Shown: positions 29,920 through 40,343, numbered from the stretch's first letter. The stretch is DNA of 64,000 nucleotides from Hyphomonas sp. (GCA_040216775.1 JAVJOM010000047.1:25941-89940); one strand, 5' to 3'. Notes: generated by a model not told the origin, from the sequence alone. Translations and numbers: made by a program.

Positions 29920-31029
29920 CTATTTGCCAAGTTCGCGGGCAGTGTAATAGGCACCGTCGGAAACGGAGGCCCAGCCGCGCATGAGTTTCAGACTTCTCTC
30001 GAAGCTCTCATAAATGCGCTTCTCGATGCCATCCTTGCCGCTGGCAGCGCGGACATCGGCAGCGGCTTCAGCCATGCGGGCAACCACTTCCGGCGGGAAG
30101 GAGCGCAGCTGCGTGCCGTGCTCGCGCACAAGCAAATCCAGATAGACGGAGTTCTGGTAGGTGAATTCGCCGAGCGAAGTATGGTTCACCGCTTCGCAGG
30201 CGGCCTTGATGATCGCTCGTTCGCCCGGTGTCAGGCCTTCCCAGACCTTGAGGTTCATGCCGACGGCGAGGCTGGCGCCGGGTTCGTGGAAACCAGGGCC
30301 ATAATAATAGGGAGCCTCACGATGGAAACCGAGCGAATAGTCGTTCCACGGGCCGACCCATTCGGTCGCGTCGATGGAACCGGTCTGGAGCGCCTGATAG
30401 ATTTCGCCGCCTGACAGGGCGATGGCCGATCCGCCGAGGGCGCGCAGCACATCACCGCCCTGGCCCGGAATGCGCATTTTGAGGCCGACCAGATCGTCGA
30501 GGCTGTTGATTTCCTTGCGGAACCAGCCGCCCATCTGGTGACCCGTATTGGCGCCCTGAATGGCTTTGACGCCGAACTGGCCGGAGAGTTCGTCCCAGAG
30601 TTCCTGTCCGCCGCCGAAATCGATCCAGCCCATGATCTCCTGCGCGGTCATGCCGAAAGGCACTGCAGTGAAGAAGGGGAAAGCGGACGACTTGGCGGTC
30701 CAGTAATATTCGGCGCCGTGATACATATCAGCCGAACCGTTGGCGACGGCATCGAAGCTTTCAAACGCCGGCACTAGTTCGCCGGCGGCGAAGACCTTGA
30801 TCTCCATCAGACCGTCGGACAGGGCGAACACGCGCTCTGCCACACGTTCGGCGGCGCGCCCGAGGCCCGGCAGGCCCTTTGGCCATGTGGTGACCATATT
30901 GAACTTGCGGCGATTGCGATTGATCTTGGCCGGGGCGAGGCTTTGCGCGGCTTCCGGATTGGCGAATGCGGCAGCCGCCCCGGCTGCACCAAGCAGGCCT
31001 GCGCCGAGCATATTGCGTCGGTTGATCAT
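29920..31029 (-). CDS. dctP: TRAP solute-binding protein (Tat signal, TakP-like)
   Basis: NRRNML Tat motif; QMGGWFRKEI, LKMRIPG, DATEWVGP. Confidence 0.9.
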   Translation of the reverse strand: MINRRNMLGAGLLGAAGAAAAFANPEAAQSLAPAKINRNRRKFNMVTTWPKGLPGLGRAAERVAERVFALSDGLMEIKVFAAGELVPAFESFDAVANGSADMYHGAEYYWTAKSSAFPFFTAVPFGMTAQEIMGWIDFGGGQELWDELSGQFGVKAIQGANTGHQMGGWFRKEINSLDDLVGLKMRIPGQGGDVLRALGGSAIALSGGEIYQALQTGSIDATEWVGPWNDYSLGFHREAPYYYGPGFHEPGASLAVGMNLKVWEGLTPGERAIIKAACEAVNHTSLGEFTYQNSVYLDLLVREHGTQLRSFPPEVVARMAEAAADVRAASGKDGIEKRIYESFERSLKLMRGWASVSDGAYYTARELGK

Positions 31030-31072
31030 GACACGGTCCTCCCCAGCGACCCACCCTGTTATGAATCAGGGG

Positions 31073-31831
31073 TTATTCGTCGTCTCTTAGCGTTCGCCAC
31101 TGGTCGCCGTCCAGCACTTCGAGAGGCTTGTAACGGCGTTTGTAATCCATCTTCGGGCTGCCTTTGACCCAATAGCCGAGATAGACGTGCGGCAAGCCGA
31201 GGTCCTGAGCGTGCTGGATATGGTCGAGGATCATGAAGTGACCGAGGCCGCGCGCGTCCAGTTCCGGGTCGAAGAAGGTGTAGACCATGGAAAAGCCGTC
31301 GCGCAGGACGTCTGTGATGGATACGGCCACCAGCGGTGCGTCGTCATCAGTGCCGTCGCGGTATTCAAAGATAAGGCTCTGGACCGGGCTGCCGCCGACC
31401 ATCGTGACATAGTCGCGATAGGTCATTTCGGACATGCCGCCCTTGTCGTGCCGCGTCGTCACATATTCGCGAAGCAGGCGGAACTGTTCGCGGGTGGCCG
31501 TGGCCTGGACCGGCGTGCGCACCAGCGACGCATTGCGGGCGATGGCGCGGCGATCATTGCGGGACTGGACGTATTCGCGGGTTGGCACACGCACACTGCG
31601 GCAGGCATTGCAGCGTGGACAGGCGGGCCGGTAGGCGATGGTCTGGCTGCGGCGGAAGCCGGCCTGGCTAAGCGAGTTGTGGATGGAATCGGCGTCGCTG
31701 ACGGCAAGGTTTGTGAACGCCTTGCGCTCGCGTTTACCGGGAAGATAGGGGCACGGGCTGGGGTTCGTCACGTAGAAACGCAACGAGCGCTCAAGCCCGG
31801 CAGGCAAAATATTGGCGTCCGTGAACTTCAT
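31073..31831 (-). CDS. bpt: Bacterial ATE1-like aminoacyl-tRNA-protein transferase (Bpt)
   Basis: PCPYLPG, GFRRSQ, CPRCNAC, VYTFFDP, VYLGYWV...KMDYK. Confidence 0.88.
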   Translation of the reverse strand: MKFTDANILPAGLERSLRFYVTNPSPCPYLPGKRERKAFTNLAVSDADSIHNSLSQAGFRRSQTIAYRPACPRCNACRSVRVPTREYVQSRNDRRAIARNASLVRTPVQATATREQFRLLREYVTTRHDKGGMSEMTYRDYVTMVGGSPVQSLIFEYRDGTDDDAPLVAVSITDVLRDGFSMVYTFFDPELDARGLGHFMILDHIQHAQDLGLPHVYLGYWVKGSPKMDYKRRYKPLEVLDGDQWRTLRDDE

Positions 31832-31848
31832 GATTTGCGACGATACAC

Positions 31849-33693
31849 TTACAGATCGAACCGCCAAGGGGCGAAGATCGTAAAGACACACCAAAGTACC
31901 AAAACGAGCGGCGCGCCAAATTTCATGAAATCGCCGAATTTGTAATGGCCGGGCCCCATCACGAGCATGTTGGTCTGGTAGGCGAAGGGGGTCGCGAAGC
32001 TGCAATTTGCCCCGTAAATCACGGCCAGAAGGAAGGGCAGCGGGTCACTGACGCCAAGCTCTGCCGCCGCAGACAGGGCGATGGGCGAGAACAGGATTGC
32101 GGTGGCGGCATTGGTCAGCAGGTTGGTCAGGATTGCGACGCTGAGGAACAGGGCCGACAGGACTGCCAGTGTGCCATACGGAGCGGCGAAGTTCACAACG
32201 GTATGTGCAATGGCGGCTGCAGCCCCCGTCTTTTCGAGGGCCATGCCCATGGCGAGTGCAGCGCCGATCACGAGGAAGATTCGCAGGTCGAGCGAGCGGC
32301 TGGCCTGACGGGTGTTGACGCAGCCGACGACCAGCATGGAAACGGCAGCGAGAACCGAGGCGTGCAGGATCGAGACGAGACCGGTGGCCGCCAGAATGAC
32401 CATGGCGAGGGCAATCAGGCGCGCAGCAACGGCGCGTGTGGTGAGCGGGATCTCGGTCTGGGACCATTCGAGCAGGATAATGTCGCGGCTGGACCGCAGA
32501 TCGACGAAGGCGTCGACCGGGCCGCACAGCAGCAATGTATCACCGGATTCCAGCCGGATTTCGCCGAGCTTGGTGCGAATCATGCGGCTGCGGCGCTGGA
32601 TGCCGAGCGTGACGGCGCGGGTGAGGCGGCGGAAACCCAGCATCTCGACCGTGCGGCCGACCATGCGCGAGCCGGGCGCAATGACGGCTTCGGTTAGCGC
32701 GAGCGCGCCGGGGCGGCTGTGTTCGTCGAGATCACCGCCGGCCGATTCCCAGACCTGCTGAAGGAAGTCTGGCTGGCGGGCGAGAACGTTTTGCAGGGCG
32801 GCGCGTGTGGCAGCGACGATGACAAGGTCACCGGGCTGGAGGGTGATGTCTTCGTAGGGTGGCAGGAAGGCACGCTCGCCGCGCTGGATCATGCGGACGG
32901 TCATGTCGGGCAGGTCAGCGAACATGCCCGCGACAGGTTTCTTGCCCTTCAGGAAGTGGCCGAAGGTGACTTCGATCTGCGCGACGAACTGTTTGCCGGA
33001 CGGCTGGGCCAGCTCGTCGCTGAGGCCACGGCGGTTGGGCAGAAGAAATTTCGAGAAGATGGCGATATAGATGAAGCCGGCACCGGCGAGGATCAGGCCC
33101 ATGGGCGTCTGATCGAAAAAGCCGAGCGTGCGTCCGTCAATGCGTTCAAAGGCTTCTGCGGCGAGCAGGTTGGTCGATGTGCCGATCAGCGTGGTCATGC
33201 CGGCGAAGATGGAGGCGAAGCTGAGCGGCATCATCAGCTTGGACTGTGACGCGTTCATCCGCTTGGCGATGGCGCTCATCACTGGCAGGAACATGATGAC
33301 GATAGGCGTATTGTTGACGAAGGCGCTGGTGACGAAGACCGCGAGGAAAGCCAGGACGAGCGTGGTGACGGGGCGCTTTTCGTAGCCCCCGACAAGCGTT
33401 TTTGTCGGGCCATCAAGGGCGCCGGTCTGGAACAGACCCTGACCGACGACCAGCAGTGCCATGATGGTGATCAGGGCCGGATTGCCGAAACCGGAGAGAA
33501 GTTCGGCCGCGCCAATCGGCGAGCCGTCGGCGCCATGGGCGCCCGGAATTGTGAACAACAGAAGCAAAGCCGCAATCACGCCGACAGAGACAAGCTCCAT
33601 CGGCCAACGATCCGACATGTAGAAACCAATTGCAGCAAGAACAACCGCGAGGCTTGCCCACATGGGCCAGTGGGCCAGGAAATCAGCGATCAT
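31849..33693 (-). CDS. SLC13-family permease with TrkA-C domains
   Basis: SAFVNNTP, TTLIGTSTNLL, ATPFAYQTN; central soluble TrkA-C repeats. Confidence 0.9.
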   Translation of the reverse strand: MIADFLAHWPMWASLAVVLAAIGFYMSDRWPMELVSVGVIAALLLLFTIPGAHGADGSPIGAAELLSGFGNPALITIMALLVVGQGLFQTGALDGPTKTLVGGYEKRPVTTLVLAFLAVFVTSAFVNNTPIVIMFLPVMSAIAKRMNASQSKLMMPLSFASIFAGMTTLIGTSTNLLAAEAFERIDGRTLGFFDQTPMGLILAGAGFIYIAIFSKFLLPNRRGLSDELAQPSGKQFVAQIEVTFGHFLKGKKPVAGMFADLPDMTVRMIQRGERAFLPPYEDITLQPGDLVIVAATRAALQNVLARQPDFLQQVWESAGGDLDEHSRPGALALTEAVIAPGSRMVGRTVEMLGFRRLTRAVTLGIQRRSRMIRTKLGEIRLESGDTLLLCGPVDAFVDLRSSRDIILLEWSQTEIPLTTRAVAARLIALAMVILAATGLVSILHASVLAAVSMLVVGCVNTRQASRSLDLRIFLVIGAALAMGMALEKTGAAAAIAHTVVNFAAPYGTLAVLSALFLSVAILTNLLTNAATAILFSPIALSAAAELGVSDPLPFLLAVIYGANCSFATPFAYQTNMLVMGPGHYKFGDFMKFGAPLVLVLWCVFTIFAPWRFDL

Positions 33694-33737
33694 CAAGGCT
33701 CCGGTTCATCAGCGCGTACTGTCCCCTATACAGGTTA

Positions 33738-34421
33738 TCAGTCCCGAGTGTGAACCAGTATGCTGACCCGGCGGTTTGCTGACAAGTGCGGCTGACCTGC
33801 ATCAAGCGGCCGGGTGTCTGCCAGACCCGTGACTGCCCGAATGCGGGCTGGTGCCAGACCGGCAGCAATCAGGGCGCGGCGGGCCTCGTTGGCCCGGTCC
33901 GACGAGAGTTCCCAATTGGAATAGGCAGTACTGACACCAGAGAAGGCATCGGTATGGCCTTCGATGGAAACCGGTTCGGAAAACTGCATCAGGATGCGCC
34001 CGGTGGTTTCAGCAAGGGCAAGCCCCTCGGCAGAAAAGGCGCCGCTGCCCGAATCAAACAGGGGATTACGCGCCGAATCGACAAGGTCGATTCGAATGCC
34101 ATCGGCCTCACGGGCGAAGACGACATTGTCGCCGGCCGCAACAAGGCCCGATTGCTGACTGAGCGCCGTAAACAGGCGTCCGGCAGCGGAGTCGGTTTCA
34201 TCAGTTGCTGATTGGGCGGTGGGGGCGGCATTGCTGTTGAAGTGTTTGGCGATCTGGTCGCGGCCCTCGGGAGAGACGCCACTGATGATCCACATCAACA
34301 GAAAGAATGCCATGAGCGCGGTGAGGAAGTCGGCATAGGCCATCTTCCAGGTGCCCGTTTTGCGGGCGGGCGCGGCGGGCATTCTGCCCGCATATCGCCG
34401 AGAGTGAGTGGCAGTAGCCAT
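33738..34421 (-). CDS. motB: Flagellar stator protein MotB
   Basis: WKMAYADFLTALMAFFLLMW; OmpA-like IEGHTD...NWELSSDRA...NRRV. Confidence 0.88.
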   Translation of the reverse strand: MATATHSRRYAGRMPAAPARKTGTWKMAYADFLTALMAFFLLMWIISGVSPEGRDQIAKHFNSNAAPTAQSATDETDSAAGRLFTALSQQSGLVAAGDNVVFAREADGIRIDLVDSARNPLFDSGSGAFSAEGLALAETTGRILMQFSEPVSIEGHTDAFSGVSTAYSNWELSSDRANEARRALIAAGLAPARIRAVTGLADTRPLDAGQPHLSANRRVSILVHTRD

Positions 34422-34553
34422 GCGCTCGAAATCCGGTCCTTCTGATCCGATGCGCCAGTCATAGCAAAGCATGGTGAAGGTCAGGTCTAAGCGAAGGGTA
34501 GGATTTCGATGAAATTTGATCTACTTCGCCTAGCATAGATTGGAGACTCAGAG

Positions 34554-35417
34554 ATGGCGCGTACGGCATTCCTTGGACTTGGCGTGATGGGATTTCACAT
34601 GGCGGGGCATTTGGCCCGGGCCGGACACCAGGTCAGCGTGTGGAACCGGACCAGCGCCAAGAGCACGGCGTGGAAGAAGGCGCACAAGGGGGAAGTGGCG
34701 AAGGACCCGGCGACTGCGACCTTCGGCGCGGAGTTTGTGTTCCTGTGCCTGGGCGATGACCCGGATGTGCGCGTCGTGTTCGACGCACTGGAGCCGAGCC
34801 TCGGCGCAGGGATGATCGTGGTTGACCACACGACGGCGTCGGCGGAACTGGCGCGGGATCTTTACCAGCGATGCAAGGCCAAGGGCGCGCATTTCATCGA
34901 CGCGCCGATATCCGGCGGCGAAGCAGGCGCGGTGAATGGCAAGCTGACGATCATGTGCGGTGGCGAGACGGCGGCGTTCGATGCCGCCGAACCCGTCATG
35001 GCGGCTTTCGGCAAGAAGATGACACTCATCGGCGACAGCGGCGCAGGCCAGCTGGCCAAGTCGGTCAACCAGATATGCATTGCGGGTATCGTGCAGGGCC
35101 TGGCCGAAGGATTGCACTTTGCTGAAAAGGCCGGGCTCGACGCCGCCAAGGTGATCGAGGCGATCAGCGGCGGCGCAGCCCAGAGCTGGCAGATGGAGAA
35201 CCGTTGGGAGACGATGGTGGAGGGCCACTTCGAGCATGGCTTTGCTGTCGACTGGATGCGCAAGGATTTGCGCATCACGTTGGAGGCGGCCCGCGAGAAT
35301 GGCGCAAGCTTGCCGATGACGGCGACGGTGGACCAGTATTACGCAGACGTTCAGGCAATGGGCGGGGCGCGCTGGGATACGAGCAGTCTGATCGCCCGCC
35401 TGAAGCGGGACACCTGA
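34554..35417 (+). CDS. NAD(P)-dependent beta-hydroxyacid dehydrogenase (3-hydroxyisobutyrate DH family)
   Basis: FLGLGVMG, DAPISGG, AKSVNQI. Confidence 0.9.
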   Translation: MARTAFLGLGVMGFHMAGHLARAGHQVSVWNRTSAKSTAWKKAHKGEVAKDPATATFGAEFVFLCLGDDPDVRVVFDALEPSLGAGMIVVDHTTASAELARDLYQRCKAKGAHFIDAPISGGEAGAVNGKLTIMCGGETAAFDAAEPVMAAFGKKMTLIGDSGAGQLAKSVNQICIAGIVQGLAEGLHFAEKAGLDAAKVIEAISGGAAQSWQMENRWETMVEGHFEHGFAVDWMRKDLRITLEAARENGASLPMTATVDQYYADVQAMGGARWDTSSLIARLKRDT

Positions 35418-35421
35418 GAGC

Positions 35422-36423
35422 GTGCGCCGGCTCGATATTCATCTGACCAAGGACGAAGCCTGCGAAACCGTGATCCGTGCGATCAAGGCGGCAGAGCCGA
35501 TTGACTATGCAGTCATCGAGACGGAGCAACAGGATCGGTGCCTGATCTCTGTTTTCATGCGCGAAGGCACGGGCCAGATGCTGATGGACAATATCCAGTC
35601 GGCACTGGAGGGGCGCAATGATTGGCGCATTGCCGTGTTGCCGATTGAAGCGACGGCGCCGAAACTTCCCGAGCCCGAGAAAGACAAGAAAGCGCGCACC
35701 CAGCAGTCTACGCGTGAAGAATTGTATTCCGATATTGAATCGGGCGCGCGGCTGGACCGTGATTTCCTGATCATGGTCGTTCTGTCCACCATCGTTGCCA
35801 CGATTGGCCTGAATTCGGACGGGATCGCGGCGGTCATTGGCGCGATGGTGATTGCGCCGCTTCTGGGCCCGATACTGGGGTTTTCGATGGGCGCGGCACT
35901 GGGCGACTTCGCGCTGTTGAAGCGCGGCGGCATGACACTGGCTGTCGGCATTGCCGTGGCATTGGCGACGTCGCTGGTGGTCTCGTTCTTCCTGCCGCTG
36001 AATCTTCAGAGCGAAGAATTGATGTCGCGCGCCGAAGTGCGGGTCGACGGACTGGCCCTGGCCATGGCGGCCGGCGGCGCAGCGGCGCTGTCGCTGACGC
36101 GCGGACAGGGATCAGCGCTTGTCGGCGTGATGGTTGCGGCGGCCCTGTTGCCCCCCGGCGCGGCGATTGGCCTGTTCGCCGAGGGCGGAGAATTCGACCT
36201 GGCGCTGCGAGCGAGCCTGCTGTTGGCGCTGAACGTGGCGAGCCTGGTGTTTTCGGCGCTTATCGTGTTCCGTCTACGTAAAATCCGGCCCCGGAAATGG
36301 ATCGAGCAGAAGAACGCGACCCGTGCGGTCTGGATCAATGCTGGCCTTTCCGCCTTCTTCCTGGTGCTCGCTGTGGCCCTGATCCTGCTGCTGGACCTCG
36401 GGTCTGCAGTAAAAATAGGCTAA
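35422..36423 (+). CDS. TIGR00341/DUF389 membrane protein
   Basis: VIGAMVIAPLLGP and LVGVMVAAALLPP. Confidence 0.88.
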   Translation: MRRLDIHLTKDEACETVIRAIKAAEPIDYAVIETEQQDRCLISVFMREGTGQMLMDNIQSALEGRNDWRIAVLPIEATAPKLPEPEKDKKARTQQSTREELYSDIESGARLDRDFLIMVVLSTIVATIGLNSDGIAAVIGAMVIAPLLGPILGFSMGAALGDFALLKRGGMTLAVGIAVALATSLVVSFFLPLNLQSEELMSRAEVRVDGLALAMAAGGAAALSLTRGQGSALVGVMVAAALLPPGAAIGLFAEGGEFDLALRASLLLALNVASLVFSALIVFRLRKIRPRKWIEQKNATRAVWINAGLSAFFLVLAVALILLLDLGSAVKIG

Positions 36424-36503
36424 GTGCAGGATACTTTGGACCTTTTTGTTCCAAGGGTGTAAGGTGACACCAACTTCCACCTGTAAGGACCGTTTCACCA
36501 CCC

Positions 36504-36938
36504 ATGAATGTTGTTTTGCCAATTTCTGCTGCCCCGAAAACCCGTGTCGAACGCTATATCTCCTCTCTGGATGACAAGCAGCGCAAGGCGGAATCCGAAG
36601 AACTTCTGGCGCTGTTTGCCCGCGTGACGGACCTGCCGGCCGCGATCTGGGGAACCCACAAGGTCGGCTATGGCCGCTATGCCTACACAATGGAGAGTGG
36701 ACGCAGCAGCGAGTTCATGATCGCCGGTTTCGAACCGGCGAAGAAACACATCATCGTTTACCTGTCGCCGGATTTCGAAGACTTCACCGGACCGCTGGAA
36801 ACCCTTGGCAAGCACGACAAAGGCAAGTCGTGCATCTTCATCAAGGCGCTGAAGGATGTGAACCTGAACTCTCTGGAAGAGCTGGTGCGTCTGGGAATGG
36901 CCTCGACCGAGAAGAATTTCAAGACAAGTGAAAGCTGA
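36504..36938 (+). CDS. DUF1801 (YdhG-like) protein
   Basis: IWGTHKVGYGRY, GFEPAK, LGKHDKGKSC. Confidence 0.8.
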   Translation: MNVVLPISAAPKTRVERYISSLDDKQRKAESEELLALFARVTDLPAAIWGTHKVGYGRYAYTMESGRSSEFMIAGFEPAKKHIIVYLSPDFEDFTGPLETLGKHDKGKSCIFIKALKDVNLNSLEELVRLGMASTEKNFKTSES

Positions 36939-36953
36939 CAAGACAGGCGATTC

Positions 36954-37388
36954 ATGGCTGCGGCGGAAAACAAGACACAACCGACAAGTGTTACGCCGCA
37001 CGCCTACGTCTCTGCACTTGATGACGGTCGCCGCAAGCGGGAGGCCGAAACCCTGCTGCCATGGTTCGAGCGCGTCACGGGCCTGAAAGGGCGCATGTGG
37101 GGGCCATCCATGATCGGCTTTGGCCGGTATCACTACAAATATGACAGCGGCCGAGAGGGCGAGGCCATGATGACCGGCTTTGCCCCGCGCAAGGCGGCGA
37201 TGACGCTGTATATCATGCCGGGCTATCGCGACATGAGTGATAAGCTGTCCCGGCTTGGCCCGCACCGGATTGGCAAGAGCTGTCTCTACCTCAACCGTCT
37301 GGACGCCGTGGACATGGACGTGCTGGCCGAGATCGTGACGGACGGTGTCGCCTACATGCGCGCGAATTACGAAACCTGGGAGGCCTAG
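36954..37388 (+). CDS. DUF1801 (YdhG-like) protein, tandem paralog
   Basis: ENKTQPT, MWGPSMIGFGRYHYKYDSGREG, GFAPRK, LGPHRIGKSCLY. Confidence 0.88.
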   Translation: MAAAENKTQPTSVTPHAYVSALDDGRRKREAETLLPWFERVTGLKGRMWGPSMIGFGRYHYKYDSGREGEAMMTGFAPRKAAMTLYIMPGYRDMSDKLSRLGPHRIGKSCLYLNRLDAVDMDVLAEIVTDGVAYMRANYETWEA

Positions 37389-37418
37389 GCCTTGCGCGCA
37401 GCAAACTAAAGAGCGGCG

Positions 37419-37781
37419 ATGAATTTTTCCCTGAAGACAAAGATCAGCACGACGCGCCTGGCGGACACGCGGGCGTTTTATGAATCCGTGTTCGGAATGG
37501 TTGTGGCGGAAGAATGGGACGAGCCCGGCGACAAGGGTGTCATCCTCGCGTTTCGGGATAGCGCTGGCGAGGCCTATCTTGAAATCTACGATTCGGACCA
37601 GATCCATGAGTTCAGCGGGCTGAGCCTTCAGTTCAAGGTCGACAGCCTGCATGATTTCATCGGTGCGCTTCCTTCAGGCACCGTTCGCGAAGGACCAAAG
37701 CCGCGGCCCTGGGGCGCGACCTATCTGTATCTGACCGATCCGAACGGCATTCAGGTCATCGTCTATGAAGGCGGGTTCTAA
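37419..37781 (+). CDS. VOC/glyoxalase family protein
   Basis: RAFYESVFG...PWGATYLYLTDPNGIQV. Confidence 0.85.
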   Translation: MNFSLKTKISTTRLADTRAFYESVFGMVVAEEWDEPGDKGVILAFRDSAGEAYLEIYDSDQIHEFSGLSLQFKVDSLHDFIGALPSGTVREGPKPRPWGATYLYLTDPNGIQVIVYEGGF

Positions 37782-37786
37782 ACCGC

Positions 37787-38500
37787 CTATGCGTCGAGCG
37801 ACCCCGTGATCGAGGCGCGCTGTGACAGTTCCATCCAGTTGCCACCGCCGTCACGGACGAAGGAAATCCGTGCGGTCTTGCCGAGCGTGGCGGGCGGTTG
37901 GCCTTCCGTGCCGCCTGCGCTGAGCACACTGGCATGGACGCGGTCGACCTTGTCGACCTGGATGGTTGTGTACCGGTAGCCGATGCGGCGCATGTCTGCG
38001 CTGCCAGAATGCTGTGCGAGATCGGAATCGACATGGCCGAGGATGCGGCTGCGCCCGCAGGATACGGCGCAGGGGTGCGTATCGGCGACAGGCAGGCCGA
38101 GGGTGCCATTGTAGAAGGCGAGGAAGGCCTCGCGGCTGGCGGTGGCAACTTCAATGGCCCATTGGCTGATGCCGTCATGCCCGGGCGGAACAAGCTGGAC
38201 GCGGTTGCCATCCGGATCGGTCAATTCGATTGGCGTGGTGACGCCTTCGCGGGCGATGATCAGGCGGAGGTAACCACCCTTGGTGCGGGGTGGCAGCGAA
38301 TCGCGCGAATGGTTCAGTTTGAACACGCTGCCCTGAAAGTCATGGCGGTGCTGGCGCAGGCCGCCGCCGAGGGGCAGCATGTGATCGAAGGGCAGGCCGA
38401 CCTGCTGTTGCCAGAAGGCCAGCATTTCATCGAGGCGGTTGGTGAACACGCCGATATCGAGGCAATCCTTGACGAGCCAGGCGGGGGTTGATGCAGTCAT
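37787..38500 (-). CDS. Two-domain VOC family protein
   Basis: AFWQQQVGL...DPDGNRV and AFYNGTLGL...VRDGGGNWMEL repeats. Confidence 0.82.
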   Translation of the reverse strand: MTASTPAWLVKDCLDIGVFTNRLDEMLAFWQQQVGLPFDHMLPLGGGLRQHRHDFQGSVFKLNHSRDSLPPRTKGGYLRLIIAREGVTTPIELTDPDGNRVQLVPPGHDGISQWAIEVATASREAFLAFYNGTLGLPVADTHPCAVSCGRSRILGHVDSDLAQHSGSADMRRIGYRYTTIQVDKVDRVHASVLSAGGTEGQPPATLGKTARISFVRDGGGNWMELSQRASITGSLDA

Positions 38501-38524
38501 TGCGGCGTCTCTCTTTGCTGTGTT

Positions 38525-39010
38525 TCAGAAGACGCCGAGCGCAAGACCGGCGGCGAGGGCCTGACCAAGATCGGCGCATTTGGCGAGGTCATCCGGCGCA
38601 ATTGTCTTTTCGGCGAGAATGGCTTCCTGCGTCTGAGCGTGGGTGCAGATGATCAGCGGGGATTGGACCTCTTTCAGGCGCCAGCCTGTAGCGATACGGG
38701 CGGTCTGGCGGGCTGCGTTCTCGCCATCCGATCCGGCGCAGACCATCTGGGCGTAGGGTCGCCCCTCGATGTGGCCAAGCACGGGATAGTAGCAGCGGTC
38801 GAAGAATTCCTTCATTTCGCCGGACAGGGCGGCGAGGTTTTCCGGCGCGGCGAACAGGTAGCCGTCGGCGGCGAGCAGGTGATCGGGCTGGGCGTCCCCG
38901 GCGCGCATCAGGGCCGTATCACATTCCGCGCGCGCGGCTGTTGCGGCGGCCTCTGCCATCTGGCGCGTGCCGCCGGTACGGGAATGATAGATGATCAGTA
39001 GCTGGGCCAT
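38525..39010 (-). CDS. Flavodoxin-like / NAD(P)H-dependent FMN protein
   Basis: IIYHSRTGGTRQMA; PENLAALSGEMKEFFDRCYY. Confidence 0.88.
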   Translation of the reverse strand: MAQLLIIYHSRTGGTRQMAEAAATAARAECDTALMRAGDAQPDHLLAADGYLFAAPENLAALSGEMKEFFDRCYYPVLGHIEGRPYAQMVCAGSDGENAARQTARIATGWRLKEVQSPLIICTHAQTQEAILAEKTIAPDDLAKCADLGQALAAGLALGVF

Positions 39011-39143
39011 CGCCACCATCCATAGGGCGAAATGCCGGGGGTCGCCAGCATGACCGGACGTCAAACCGGACCGCCTAGCCGCGCGGGCATGGGCGAGCTA
39101 GGGTTCACGGGACAGTCAAAAAAATCAAACGGAGGAAACAGTT

Positions 39144-39914
39144 TTGGACATGCAGTTGAAGGGCAAGAATGCCATCATTCTGGGCGGCACGCGCGGCATT
39201 GGCCGGGCCATTGCGGACATGCTGGCGGGCGAAGGCGCGAATGTTGCCGTCTGCGCGCGCAATCCGGACCAAGTGGCCGAGGCCATCAAGGACCTGGAAG
39301 CGATGGGCGTGAAGGCGACCGGCGCATCGGTGGACATCACCGATGGTGCGGCGCTGAAGAGCTTCATTGCGGACGCCGGCAAGACGCTGGGCGGGCTGGA
39401 TATCCTGATTTCCAATGCCGGCGCGATGGCGCAAGGCAATGATGAAGCGGCGTGGAAGCAGAATTTCGAGCTGGATATCCTGGGCGCCGTGAATGCGTTC
39501 GAGGCAGCGCAACCCCTGTTGGCGCAAGCAGCGGAAGCCTCTGGTGATGCAGCGTTTGTGATCATTTCGTCGATCTCTGCGGCGCAATCTGATCGCGGCG
39601 AATCCTATGGCCCGATCAAAGCGGCGCTGATTCATATGGCCAAGGGGCTGGCGCGCCAGCATGCCGGTGCCGGAATTCGGGTGAACACGGTGTCGCCGGG
39701 CATGGTCTATTTCGAAGGGGGAATCTGGCACACGGTGAAGACCAACATGCCGGAATTCTTCGAGCAGGCGAATGCCCGCAACCCGATGGGCCGGTGCGCG
39801 ACGCCAGAAGAAATTGCCCACGCGGCCGTGTTCCTTGCGAGCCCGCTGTCATCCTATACGACCGGCGCAAACCTGATCGTGGACGGGGCGGTGTCCAATC
39901 GCGTGAACTTCTAG
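39144..39914 (+). CDS. SDR family oxidoreductase
   Basis: GGTRGIG, SNAG, YGPIK and RVNTVSPG motifs; GGAGG RBS before the TTG start. Confidence 0.92.
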   Translation: MDMQLKGKNAIILGGTRGIGRAIADMLAGEGANVAVCARNPDQVAEAIKDLEAMGVKATGASVDITDGAALKSFIADAGKTLGGLDILISNAGAMAQGNDEAAWKQNFELDILGAVNAFEAAQPLLAQAAEASGDAAFVIISSISAAQSDRGESYGPIKAALIHMAKGLARQHAGAGIRVNTVSPGMVYFEGGIWHTVKTNMPEFFEQANARNPMGRCATPEEIAHAAVFLASPLSSYTTGANLIVDGAVSNRVNF

Positions 39915-40052
39915 GCAGTCCCGCCAGCACGTGCGGCCGGCATGGCAACGCCATCCGGTCGCGTGGGGCTGAATTCGGCGTGGGCGGCGGGCCTGGGATG
40001 TGTACAGCCGCGCCGGCGCGATCAGGGGCGCGCGGTCCGGATGAAGGGTGTG

Positions 40053-40343
40053 TCAAGGGGGCGCTGCGGGCAGGACCGCCTGCGCGACGTCCTCCGGCAT
40101 GTTGGACGCAAGACCGGGCGCGGCCCATGCGGGCATGGGCGGCGGGTCATAATGATAGCGTCGCGGGTCGCGCGGGCCGTCGCCGATGGCAACTATGTAA
40201 AGATTTCCGAACCGGTCGATCCTGAACAGGACATCGCGCTTCGAGGTGCGCTGCCACGCCTCCAGCCGCCAGAGCTGGAACCATAACCAGGGCCAGAACA
40301 GCGGATGCACGAAGGCATAGAGATGCGCGCGGCGTGTCAGCAT
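40053..40343 (-). CDS. Hypothetical Trp/Pro-rich protein
   Basis: MLTRRAHLYAFVHPLFWPWLWFQLWRLEAW...; perfect TATAAT 9 nt upstream and no RBS (near-leaderless). Confidence 0.55.
   Translation of the reverse strand: MLTRRAHLYAFVHPLFWPWLWFQLWRLEAWQRTSKRDVLFRIDRFGNLYIVAIGDGPRDPRRYHYDPPPMPAWAAPGLASNMPEDVAQAVLPAAPP

Noticed and set aside
34455-34500. CtrA box upstream of motB
   Set aside because: The best match (TAGA-N7-TTCA) has too many mismatches.
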